From NCBI GenBank assembly GCA_963794325.1, contig CAWCDG010000004.1:1568001-1632000 (forward strand): a stretch of DNA of 64,000 nt, written 5' to 3'. The position numbers and the translations under genes were made by a program. Positions 37,186-46,349 of this stretch are shown piece after piece (the first letter of the stretch is position 1; the number at the start of each line of letters is the position of its first letter). Below the pieces are notes generated by a model, which was given only the letters and a program-made list of their open reading frames with translations, was not told the DNA's origin and ran no database searches. This DNA is from an uncultured delta proteobacterium (lineage in GTDB: Bacteria; Desulfobacterota; Binatia; Binatales; Binataceae).

Positions 37186-38551
37186 CGGGAAAATCAAAGT
37201 CGCGATCGGGCTGAGCGGAGGATTATTCATCCTCGTGGCGCTGGCGTACGTGATGAACGCGATCGCCGAACCCGCGGTTGAATCAACGCACGCCTACTAT
37301 CTCGATTCAAAGAACGGCAACGATTCCAATTCCGGTCGAAGTCCATCGAACGCGTGGCGCACGATCGGAAAATTAAATTCGATCTCACTCGCGCCGGGGG
37401 ACACCGTGTATTTTCAGCGTGGCCAGATATGGCGCGAGACGCTGATACCGAGCAGCGGCGGGGCAGTGGGCCGTCCGGTTACCTTTACGGCTTACGGCAA
37501 CGGGCCCGCGCCGATCATCAGTGGCAGTGACGTCGTCAAGGGATGGAATTCGGTCAACGCTTCGATTTACCGCGCGCACTCACCGAAGCCCAACAATGTT
37601 TACGTCGATGGAGGGCCGGGATGGGGATTGAAGCGCGCGTGCTGCATGCCCGGAACGTCGTGCGAGCAATCAGGGTTGTGCGCGATTGGTGCGATGACCG
37701 CGGGCAGCTGGTATTGGAATCCGGTGGCGTCGGAGTTGTACGTATGGTTGGAGGGCGGCTCCAATCCCGCGAGCCACACGGTTGAGGCAGCGGTGCGCGA
37801 ATATGGAATGAACGCGACCGGAAAGGAAGATGAGATGGGCCACATGGTGGTCGATGGGCTCGCGTTTGAACGCACCGGCGGATACGGAATTTATTTCTAC
37901 TCGAATGCGGAAAACGGAAGAGGGCCAGCTGGAGTAGTCATTCGAAACAATACGGTGAAGCAGACCGGGACCGGACAAATTGACGGTGGCGAATATTACA
38001 ACGCGATCTATTTTGATGAGCACATCGAACTGAATACCGCACCGGAGTTCATCAACAACTCAATCGCGTACAGCGGCGGACATGGTAATGCGATCAATTC
38101 CCAGTTCGCCGACGGCGCCCAGATAGTCGGCAATCATGCCGAACATTTCAATCATAACGGATTCGATACCAAGCATTCGGCGGCAGTGGTGTTCCGCGGC
38201 AACATCGCGCATGACGGCGTCGAGACCGACGGCATCTACCAGGAATACTGCGCGAACGGGCTGATCGAGAACAACGTGGTGTACAACCTGCGCGGGTCGG
38301 AGCCGGGGCAAGGTTCCGGGATTCAAATCGACGTTGGCACTTCAGGGGCAAAGATCGTGGGCAACACGATCTCGAACGTGTTGACCGGCATCTACCTGGT
38401 CACACCTGCGATCGTTCAGAACAATACGGTAAGCAACGCGGGTCACGCGGTTCTGGACGCGAACGCCGGCGGCATCTTCGAGCACAACGCGTGGGGCGAT
38501 TCACCGGTCATCTACGTGAATGGCCGTCGCGAGAATGTCGCGGGCAATTGA
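37175..38551 (+). CDS. Exported right-handed parallel beta-helix protein (lyase-like)
   Basis: N-terminal TM/signal; YYLDSKNGNDSNSG.SP..AWRTI, PGDTVYFQRG, Asn-ladder repeats. Confidence 0.8.
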   Translation: MPRDGKIKVAIGLSGGLFILVALAYVMNAIAEPAVESTHAYYLDSKNGNDSNSGRSPSNAWRTIGKLNSISLAPGDTVYFQRGQIWRETLIPSSGGAVGRPVTFTAYGNGPAPIISGSDVVKGWNSVNASIYRAHSPKPNNVYVDGGPGWGLKRACCMPGTSCEQSGLCAIGAMTAGSWYWNPVASELYVWLEGGSNPASHTVEAAVREYGMNATGKEDEMGHMVVDGLAFERTGGYGIYFYSNAENGRGPAGVVIRNNTVKQTGTGQIDGGEYYNAIYFDEHIELNTAPEFINNSIAYSGGHGNAINSQFADGAQIVGNHAEHFNHNGFDTKHSAAVVFRGNIAHDGVETDGIYQEYCANGLIENNVVYNLRGSEPGQGSGIQIDVGTSGAKIVGNTISNVLTGIYLVTPAIVQNNTVSNAGHAVLDANAGGIFEHNAWGDSPVIYVNGRRENVAGN

Positions 38552-38653
38552 CTAGGTTTCTTTTAGTCAGTTCAAATAAAAGATACTACTTCGCATTACT
38601 AACTGGAGTACCTACTGAGTAAGGGCGCAGGGGCCGGAAGCTCCGCGCGGATT

Positions 38654-38699
38654 GTAAAATATACAAAATTGTAAAAGCTACATACTATATAAAATATAC
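38654..38699. promoter_or_regulatory. Triple 11-bp palindromic sites (candidate enhancer)
   Basis: GTAAAATATAC (38654), GTAAAAGCTAC (38671) and ATAAAATATAC (38689) in an AT-rich intergenic region. Confidence 0.55.
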
Positions 38700-39147
38700 A
38701 AGAAAAGTTTAGTGACTGGGGTTGACGAAGTTGTTCCATTACGACGCCTCTGCTAATGTTCGCCGCGCGGCGTGTCGTGGCGCCGCAGACATAGGTTAAG
38801 TCCAAAGCGCGCGGGTTCTCTTCTTCTTCAAGCAACGCCTCATCTGCCGGCGCGATTTGGGCGCAGTTTGGTAATACAAACGCGAGGGGAGTTTCAGGCA
38901 CTGAGGCTGTGAATCCAGGTCCGCAGGGGAGAGACCTGTCGAGATAGGGGGAGAACCTGTCAGATATGGTTTGTTTTCAGACCTGCCGAAGGCGTCACGC
39001 CAACTGAAATAGCCCGCGCCTAGTCGCGGAAGCGCGTCGGCGTTAGTCCGGCGAGCGGTGTTGTGTACTCCTCCACCGTCTTCGCCGAAGCCGGTCCGAT
39101 GCTGCCCGCGAGACATATTTGCGCACGCCTGGGGAGGGCGATGTGTT

Positions 39148-41499
39148 ATGCGCGGATTGAAAGGCAGGTACAGTTTTGCCGGTCTGATCGTAATTTTCCT
39201 CTTTGCCTTCCTGACGCTCGAGTTCGGAGCGGCTATGGAAGCGGCTGCCATTGAAGTGAAGATCATTTCGCCAACCGGCGGCAGCGTGGTGCGCGGCGCG
39301 GTGCCGATTTCGTTGTTGACGAAATCCAACGCTGCGTTGGTGAAGGTGTATGTAGACGGCGTTTATCTGGCTTCCACCCCCGGCACTATTTCGTGGTTAT
39401 CGACCAATGCCGCCAACGGCATGCACACCATTTCTGCAAAGGCCTACAGCTCGGCCAGCCAGATGCTGGGAACTTCCTCGAGACTGGTTCGCGTAAAAAA
39501 TAGACCGACTCCGACGCCGACACCCACGCCAACGGCTGGTCGTGTGACCATTACGTCGCCGTCGAGCGGGGCTACGGTTTCCGGCACGGTATCTATAGCG
39601 GTGACGACCAGCTCGGTCAGTTGGGTTAACTTCTACATTGACGGAAGCTGGATCGCGTCTTCTCCCCCATACACTGTTGGCTGGGACTCAACCGGCGTCT
39701 CTAACGGACTGCACTCGATCTCAGTCAACGGATACAACAGCAGTAACGCGTTGGTCGCGACCGCTTTGAGCAGCATGAACGTTCAAAATGGATCGTCGCC
39801 CACCCCAACTCCAACATTGACTCCGACGGTGACCGCGACGCCTCCGCCGCCGACACCAACGCTCACGCCTGTACGGACACCGACGCCTACGCCTCCTGCG
39901 CCGACACCGACGCCTACATCTACGCCAACGGGTGGTGTGAGTATTACGTCGCCGAAGTCAGGCGCGACTGTTTCCGGCACGGTGTCGATCGCGGTGACGA
40001 CGGTCGCGCCGGTCAGCTGGGTCAACTTCTTTGTGGACGGAACCTATATGGCGTCCTCGCCGCCTTTCACGATGTCCTGGAATTCGACCAGCGTGGCAAA
40101 TGGTCAGCACGCCATCTCGGTCAACGGATACAACAGCAGTAACGCGCTGGTCACGACCGCGGCCATCAACCTGAACGTGCAAAATGGCGGGAGCCCCACT
40201 CCAACCCCGACTCCGACCTCAACTTCGGGCAGTCCAACACCGACGGCGACGCCGACGTCGACGTCCTGTGCAGGAACCGCCCACTACGTTGCGGCGGCGG
40301 GAAGCGACTCCAACAGCGGCATCTCTGCCAGCGCACCCTGGAAGACCATCGCCCATGTGGAGGTCGCTGAGGCCTCGCTCCAGCCCGGCGCCTGTGTGTT
40401 CTTCAAAGGCGGCGATGTTTGGGAAGAGCAGTTGGACATCTCTGGCGTCAATGGTTCGAGTTCTCTACCCATCACCTTCGGCAGTTATGGAACCGGCCGC
40501 CCAGTAATCGACGGCGGTTCGACGCGGTTATACGGAATCGAAGATGCCTACGGCAATAACGGTGATGAGAACGCCAGTAATTATGTTACAGTCACCGGCT
40601 TTGAGGTGCGCAACGCGACCCGCGGCGGAATCATCTTCTCCGACCTGCACCAGGTGGGAATCGTGATCGCCAACAATTATATCCACAACAATGGATATGG
40701 CGCCTATCCCGGAGCGAGCGGCTTTGGCACAGACGATAATAACTATGGATATAATGAAGCGATTGCCTTCGTGGACGACGACTATAATCTTCCCGACGGT
40801 GTTCAGATTATCAACAACATCGTAAACTATGAGGGCGGTCATAACTCCATCATGGTTGACGGCGATATGGGCGGCGCGGTCGTTCAAGGTAATCAGGTCG
40901 GTCCCGGCTGTTCTCACAATTGCATCGACATGAAACGCTCGGTGGGCGTGACGATCCAGGGCAACACAACAATTTGCAAGCCATCGACCATCACCGTCAA
41001 TGGAAACTCCTATCCGGCCTGCAACGGCAACGCGCTATATACGGAAGAGGATGCGAGTTTCACTGAGACAGTCAAATACCAGGGGAACGTCGCGTTCGGC
41101 GCGGCTTCGGGCTATGCCTGTTTCGGCCTTCAGGCCAACTCAGGGCCAATCAAGGCGACCTACTACAACAATACCTGTTATGACACCGACTTCCCCTTCT
41201 ATGTCACGACCTGCCTTGGCGGGTCGATGACGGTCGAAAACAACATCCTCGATGGCGGGCAGGTGAAGGTGTCCGGCGGGTGTTCTATGACCTGGAATTA
41301 CAATGACGACGGCGGCAGCTTAGGAAAAGACACCTACACCGGCGTCACCCTCGGCTCGAATGACGTCAGCGATATGAACCCGCTCTATGTGAATATCAGC
41401 GGCCTTGACGCCCATCTGCAAGCCGGAAGCCCAGTCCTGGATACCGGGAAGTCGGGCCTGTTTTCGAACATGACCTGGATGGGGGCGCTGGGGCAGTGA
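39148..41499 (+). CDS. Exported protein: three bacterial Ig-like domains, Pro/Thr linkers, C-terminal beta-helix
   Basis: Signal peptide; repeated VxITSP..GATVSG..V.F..DG..W.ST.V.NG.H.IS; PTPTPT tracts; GSDSNSG...PWKTI; GGGGAGG RBS. Confidence 0.85.
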   Translation: MRGLKGRYSFAGLIVIFLFAFLTLEFGAAMEAAAIEVKIISPTGGSVVRGAVPISLLTKSNAALVKVYVDGVYLASTPGTISWLSTNAANGMHTISAKAYSSASQMLGTSSRLVRVKNRPTPTPTPTPTAGRVTITSPSSGATVSGTVSIAVTTSSVSWVNFYIDGSWIASSPPYTVGWDSTGVSNGLHSISVNGYNSSNALVATALSSMNVQNGSSPTPTPTLTPTVTATPPPPTPTLTPVRTPTPTPPAPTPTPTSTPTGGVSITSPKSGATVSGTVSIAVTTVAPVSWVNFFVDGTYMASSPPFTMSWNSTSVANGQHAISVNGYNSSNALVTTAAINLNVQNGGSPTPTPTPTSTSGSPTPTATPTSTSCAGTAHYVAAAGSDSNSGISASAPWKTIAHVEVAEASLQPGACVFFKGGDVWEEQLDISGVNGSSSLPITFGSYGTGRPVIDGGSTRLYGIEDAYGNNGDENASNYVTVTGFEVRNATRGGIIFSDLHQVGIVIANNYIHNNGYGAYPGASGFGTDDNNYGYNEAIAFVDDDYNLPDGVQIINNIVNYEGGHNSIMVDGDMGGAVVQGNQVGPGCSHNCIDMKRSVGVTIQGNTTICKPSTITVNGNSYPACNGNALYTEEDASFTETVKYQGNVAFGAASGYACFGLQANSGPIKATYYNNTCYDTDFPFYVTTCLGGSMTVENNILDGGQVKVSGGCSMTWNYNDDGGSLGKDTYTGVTLGSNDVSDMNPLYVNISGLDAHLQAGSPVLDTGKSGLFSNMTWMGALGQ

Positions 41500-41559
41500 G
41501 CCCGGGATTCTGAGGAGTGCGTAAGAACGAACTGACTAGATCTTAATCAGCTACACCTA

Positions 41560-41618
41560 GGACGGGCTCGTATCCTGGATTGTAAATACTACAATCGGGT
41601 GCGAGCCCGTCCGCTTTT
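41560..41618 (+). terminator. Long intrinsic-terminator-like hairpin
   Basis: GGACGGGCTCGTATCC/GGGTGCGAGCCCGTCC stem with inner GATTGTA/TACAATC, then GCTTTT. Confidence 0.6.
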
Positions 41619-41782
41619 GAACGCGTCACCTGAAATCCTTTCGTCTCCCGAACTGCTCCTTTTGCTTTCTTTAATTTTCCTGAGCCACCTTTCAGCCGAT
41701 CTCAGTTTGTAATCCTTTCACAGTACGCGCCTGCCACGCGCGCAATGGGCCTAATTCAGCGTCGTTTCAATCATCTGTGCGA

Positions 41783-41798
41783 TGGCACGCGAGTTGCC
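41783..41798 (+). promoter_or_regulatory. sigma54 -24/-12 promoter motif heading the main EPS operon
   Basis: TGGCACGCGAGTTGCC, a near-perfect match to TGGCACG-N4-TTGC. Confidence 0.85.
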
Positions 41799-41891
41799 AT
41801 TGCTAAGTCGGAATGTGAGAGCGCGCGTTCGATCAGTTCAGGGCGGGTCGATCGAGAGCAAATCGTAAAAATTATGAGGACGCATTTTGCC

Positions 41892-42674
41892 ATGAGGCGG
41901 AATTACGCAACGAGGCACAGAATTTCGAGACGCATGAAGCTCATGCTCTGCGCGAGTGCGATTGCTGTCGTCTTGGGCGGATGCTCAGCGCGCAATGCGG
42001 ACAGAGGCGAGAGTGGGGACAAGTATTTAGCATCGAAGCCGATGAGCGCCGAGCAGTGCGCCGCCAACGCCAGCATCCAGAACAGCGCAACGCAGAACGC
42101 CGACTACCGGATCCAGTCCGGCGACAGTCTCGCGCTCGACTTCTATATGAACTCCGAATTCAACGACGGTAACGTCATCGTCGATCCCGATGGAAAGATC
42201 GTTCTGCGGATGGTTGGTCCGGTACAGGCCGCCGGGCTGACGCCGGCTCAGTTGGCCTCGTCAATTGACAAGGCCTACATCAACGAGCTTCGAAATCCCG
42301 GCGCCGTCGTCCACATCAACAACATGCCGAACCGGCAGATCTATGTAGAGGGCGAAGTCGCGAAACCGGGCGCCTTTCCGCTTCAGCCTGGAATGACGGC
42401 GGTGCAGGCGCTGGCGCTGGCCGGCGGAGTGACCGTCGATTCAGCTCCGGATAACACGGTCTTGATTCGCCGCGACGCGTGCGGACAGCCGCAAGGATCA
42501 AAAGTTGATCTCGCGTCGGCCATCAAGAAGCCCGGCTCCGGCGAAGACGTTGCCTTGATGCCGCACGACGTAGTCGTGGTGCCGCGCAGCGGAATCGCGA
42601 ATGCCGACCTGTGGGTTAAACAGCACATCCGGGACGTGTTGCCGGTGGAACCATACATTTCTCCGGCGTTCTAG
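41892..42674 (+). CDS. wza: Polysaccharide export lipoprotein (Wza/GumB)
   Basis: LGGC lipobox, YRIQSGD, VDPDGKI...GPVQAAGLT, VEGEV.KPG, SLBB domain; start uncertain (41874, 41892 or 41934). Confidence 0.9.
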   Translation: MRRNYATRHRISRRMKLMLCASAIAVVLGGCSARNADRGESGDKYLASKPMSAEQCAANASIQNSATQNADYRIQSGDSLALDFYMNSEFNDGNVIVDPDGKIVLRMVGPVQAAGLTPAQLASSIDKAYINELRNPGAVVHINNMPNRQIYVEGEVAKPGAFPLQPGMTAVQALALAGGVTVDSAPDNTVLIRRDACGQPQGSKVDLASAIKKPGSGEDVALMPHDVVVVPRSGIANADLWVKQHIRDVLPVEPYISPAF

Positions 42675-42705
42675 TCGGATCAGTTTCATTTGTGATGGAA
42701 ATACT

Positions 42706-44226
42706 ATGTTACCGAACAACTACCGAGACTGGATTGATATAGCCTGGCGCCGGCGGCGCATCGCGATGATGGCCGGCGGGATGGTCTTTGGCGTGGTCGC
42801 GCTAGGAACACTGCTGTGGCCTCCGCTGTATTCGTCGAACTGCCAGGTCTTGGTGCAGGACAATCGTGCGCAGTTGCTGGTGTCCCCCGACTTGCAGGGC
42901 AGCAACAACCCTCAGAATTCCGCAACGGTTAACAATCCGGTTCAGGAACAGGATCTCAATTCCGAACGCGAATTGATTACCAGCCTGTACTTAGTTCGGC
43001 TCGCGCTCGATGGCCTGCCGGTTCCACGCGGCTATGAGCACAGCTCAGGGCTGGCGGTTGCGGCCGTGAAAGCAGCTATCCGGCTGCCGCTCGAGGGCTA
43101 CCACGTGCTGCACAGCATCCCGCGGCTCAGTCCGCGTGACGCGTGGGCAATGGACATCGAGCGTCATCTCGATGCGTCAGTAATCAAGCGATCGAACATC
43201 ATTGCGGTCGAGTTTGAGTCGCGCGATCGCGCATGGACGAAGGACTTTCTGGATCGGCTGATGGCTCGATACCTGGAATTTCATGCCAGCCTGTCGCATG
43301 ACCCGCAGGCTGAGAAGTTTTACGAACAGCAGACCGCCATCCTGCAGGCGCGGCTGGAGGCGTCGGAGGGGCAGCTTCGCGATTTCCAGCTCAAGACCGG
43401 CATCGGCAATCTCGACGAGCAGAAGAAGGCGTTGATCGCGCGCATTTCGGATCTGCAGAGTACGGCGGCCAAAACCGACGCGCAGGTTTCAGGAAGCGAG
43501 CAACAAGCAGCGTCCCTACAGTCGCAATTGGGTAAAACGCCGCTCCGGATTCAGAAAGAAACGCGTCAGGAGCAGAACCTGGCGTTACAGCAGTTGAAGC
43601 CGCAGGTGATGCAGTTGCGCGCGGAGCGAGCCGAGTTGCTGACCCGTTATCAGCCGACTAGCGAGCGCATCAAGGAGATCGACGCCAAGCTCGCTTCCGA
43701 GGAAAAAATTCTCGACAGCGAGGACCACCTCGAGGTCAACGAGGAATTAACCGACGTGAACCCGGTCTGGATCACGTTGCAGACCGACCTGAAGCAGGCG
43801 AGCACCGCGGCGTCTTCGGGAAAAGCCACTCGCGACGAGCTCGACAAACAGGTCGATGCCGCGAACCAGCAACTATCGCTGCTCGTTAGCAATGGCGTCG
43901 ATATGGAGCGATTGCAGCGGCAGGTGACGTCGGACTCCGATGCGTACCAGGCCTATGTTCGCAAGACTGAAGAGGCGCGCGCCTCCGAGGCCCTTAACAC
44001 CAACAAGATCCTTAACGTCAGCGTGGCGCAGCCGCCGATACCGCCGATGCAGCCGGTGTTCCCGAGCGTGCCTTTCAACCTGGCGGTAGGTCTGTTGCTC
44101 GCGACGCTGTTTGGAGCGGCGGCCGCGTATTGGGCGGAGGAAAGCGATTCCAAGATCTATTCAATGGGCGTCGTGAACAATCTGACCGGACTTCCGATTG
44201 TCGCGGTCCTGAGCGATCGGGTGTAG
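42706..44226 (+). CDS. Polysaccharide co-polymerase (GumC/Wzc periplasmic part, no kinase domain)
   Basis: Two TM helices flanking a long coiled coil; PP..P..PVFP motif before TM2; LTGLPIVAVL end. Confidence 0.88.
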   Translation: MLPNNYRDWIDIAWRRRRIAMMAGGMVFGVVALGTLLWPPLYSSNCQVLVQDNRAQLLVSPDLQGSNNPQNSATVNNPVQEQDLNSERELITSLYLVRLALDGLPVPRGYEHSSGLAVAAVKAAIRLPLEGYHVLHSIPRLSPRDAWAMDIERHLDASVIKRSNIIAVEFESRDRAWTKDFLDRLMARYLEFHASLSHDPQAEKFYEQQTAILQARLEASEGQLRDFQLKTGIGNLDEQKKALIARISDLQSTAAKTDAQVSGSEQQAASLQSQLGKTPLRIQKETRQEQNLALQQLKPQVMQLRAERAELLTRYQPTSERIKEIDAKLASEEKILDSEDHLEVNEELTDVNPVWITLQTDLKQASTAASSGKATRDELDKQVDAANQQLSLLVSNGVDMERLQRQVTSDSDAYQAYVRKTEEARASEALNTNKILNVSVAQPPIPPMQPVFPSVPFNLAVGLLLATLFGAAAAYWAEESDSKIYSMGVVNNLTGLPIVAVLSDRV

Positions 44227-44231
44227 CAGCG

Positions 44232-45545
44232 ATGTATTACAGGCACTTCGGACTTGATGGACCTCCGTTCCGGTTTACCCCGTCGCCGACGGTCCTTTAC
44301 CTCGGCCCGGCTCATCGCGAATGCCTGGCCGCATTGGAATGGGCGCTGCTGCACGATCAATGCGGATTCATGTTGCTGATGGGCGAGACGGGAACCGGAA
44401 AAACCACGTTGCTGAGTACGGTGCTCGCGCGGCGGCTGCCGAATCTTCAGGTGGCGTGCGTGCCGAATCCGCAGCTTAGCTTCGAAGAAATGATGCGCGT
44501 CATTCTGCCGCAGCTCGGCGTGATGACGAACAATCGCGGCAAACTCGATTTGATTCAGGAACTCGAGCGCGCGGTTGCAAATCGACCGTTGGGGAGCCGC
44601 ACCGCGATCATCATAGATGAGGCGCAGGTCCTCAGTGACGCAAACCTCGAGGATTTTCGACTGCTGGCCAATTCGTTCAATGCGCAAAAGGGCGAGATAC
44701 AGATCGTCCTGATGGGACATCCAGAGCTGATCGATCGCCTCTCGGCGCATCATCTGCGGCAACTGCGGGAGCGAATCTCGACCAAGGTAGTTCTGCCGGC
44801 GCTCAGCGCAAGTGAGAGCATCGCGTACGTTGATTACCGGCTGAAGGGTCAAAACGGATCGGCGCGAATCTTTGAAGCCGACGCGCTCGCGTATCTGGTC
44901 GAGACCGCCGCCGGAGTTCCTCGACGCCTCAACGTCCTTTGTCACAACGCGTTGCTTCTCGCGTATTCGAAAAACAAGAACGTGGTCACGCTGGACGTGG
45001 CGCGCGAGGTGGTGAGCGACTACCAGGATATTTTCCTTCCGTCGAACGATATTCTGCATCCCGAATTAGATAGCCCGGCGCTGGAAGACGCGGAGCCCGT
45101 CGCGCTGCGACCGCGCCCGCGATGGGCGCTGGCTGCCGCCGCATGCGCAGTGTTTGCGCTGGCAGGATTCGGCAGCGTCATGATCCAGGCGCACGGCTGG
45201 AAAAGTCCCAGTCGAGTGGTTTCCGTCGACGCAGTTTCTCATGCGCCGGCTGCGGACGATCAAATTCATAAACCGTCTCTCGCTGATCCGGTTGTCTCTT
45301 CAGGATCGGCCCCGACGGCAGAAGCGGTCGCGACAGCTCCGTCCGTCCCCGCTCAAACATCAATCCGGATTCGTCCGGGAGACACGTTTCATGATTTGGC
45401 GGCGAAATACCTCGGGTCCAAAGATCGGACCAGGGACCTGATAAACGCTAATCCGCAAATTAGAGACCCCAATAATCTCTACGTCGGCCAGATCGTCTAC
45501 TTGCCATCAAATCAGCCCTCCAACCTGGCGGGAGTAGTGCAGTGA
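44232..45545 (+). CDS. ExeA-like AAA ATPase with TM segment and C-terminal LysM domain
   Basis: MYYRHFGL..PPF..TP, GETGTGKT, IIDEAQ, GVPRRLN.LC; IRPGDTF..LA...L..ANPQI.DPN.L.VGQ. Confidence 0.9.
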   Translation: MYYRHFGLDGPPFRFTPSPTVLYLGPAHRECLAALEWALLHDQCGFMLLMGETGTGKTTLLSTVLARRLPNLQVACVPNPQLSFEEMMRVILPQLGVMTNNRGKLDLIQELERAVANRPLGSRTAIIIDEAQVLSDANLEDFRLLANSFNAQKGEIQIVLMGHPELIDRLSAHHLRQLRERISTKVVLPALSASESIAYVDYRLKGQNGSARIFEADALAYLVETAAGVPRRLNVLCHNALLLAYSKNKNVVTLDVAREVVSDYQDIFLPSNDILHPELDSPALEDAEPVALRPRPRWALAAAACAVFALAGFGSVMIQAHGWKSPSRVVSVDAVSHAPAADDQIHKPSLADPVVSSGSAPTAEAVATAPSVPAQTSIRIRPGDTFHDLAAKYLGSKDRTRDLINANPQIRDPNNLYVGQIVYLPSNQPSNLAGVVQ

Positions 45546-46342
45546 GCAAATACTACGACGCAATAAATCGGAACCTCGCCACGACTCGTGAACCGCTGGC
45601 GCCAACCCGCCATCGCGCGAAGCTGGTCCCGAAAACGCGCGAGCTGATGGAACCGTCGGTGCGCGAGATCTCGGCAAGGACCGACGCGATCGCGTTCGAG
45701 GATACCTTCCTGCCCGAAAGGCTTCCGTACGATCTGCCGGCAACGCTGGCGCGTCAGGATGCTATCCGGCAGCTAAGCGAGCGGATGGCGCCGACGGCAG
45801 CGGTGGACAAATCGTGCCGGGTCGCAATCTCGGGATGCCGCCCGTCTGACGGCGCATCGTCGATCGCGGCGGCGCTCGCGCTCGACCTCAGTCAGCGGCT
45901 TTCGATGCGCACGATACTGGTGGACGCGAATCTTCAGAGCCCGAGCCTGCATCGCGTGGTGTCGCCGGCGGAACGGGCGGTCGCGCAGATCACGCTGGAC
46001 GGTTCGTTGCAGCTTCGCACCACCGGATGGCAGAGGCTGACGCTGGCGACCTGCTGTCTGAACGGCAATGACGACGAGCGCGAAGCGGCGATCGCGGAAC
46101 TCGAAGGAGTTCTGAGCACGTTTCCCGCGGCCGTGATCGATCTCGGAGTGGCGCGGCTGGATTCACGTATGTTGCCGCTGATGCGGCCGGCCGATCCGAT
46201 CCTGCTGGTGGTTCGCTACGGACAAACCGAACGCAAGGAACTGGCTACTTCAGCAGCCGCACTACGTGCCGCCGATCGAACAGTCGCAGGTGTGATTCTT
46301 AACGCTCGACCGGAGCGATCGCAAAATTTTTACGCGGAGTAA
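45542..46342 (+). CDS. CpsD/CapB-like tyrosine-kinase homologue, degenerate
   Basis: MSKYYDA start, GCRPSDGASS, LVDANLQSPSLH, VIDLG, LLVVRYGQT, GVILN. Confidence 0.75.
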   Translation: MSKYYDAINRNLATTREPLAPTRHRAKLVPKTRELMEPSVREISARTDAIAFEDTFLPERLPYDLPATLARQDAIRQLSERMAPTAAVDKSCRVAISGCRPSDGASSIAAALALDLSQRLSMRTILVDANLQSPSLHRVVSPAERAVAQITLDGSLQLRTTGWQRLTLATCCLNGNDDEREAAIAELEGVLSTFPAAVIDLGVARLDSRMLPLMRPADPILLVVRYGQTERKELATSAAALRAADRTVAGVILNARPERSQNFYAE

Positions 46343-46349
46343 CGGTCCC

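Noticed and set aside
38920-39000. Resemblance to a glycine riboswitch (GGAGAGACC...GCCGAAGG) or a cyclic-dinucleotide riboswitch
   Set aside because: The closing CTCTCAGG and other conserved elements are absent; kept only as an unexplained leader
41745-41891. Extended N-termini in the ORF track (wza from 41745; also the regulator to 60311, cls from 28201, FemAB from 51609, Ni transporter to 18205)
   Set aside because: The extensions overlap promoters or neighbouring genes and lack family similarity
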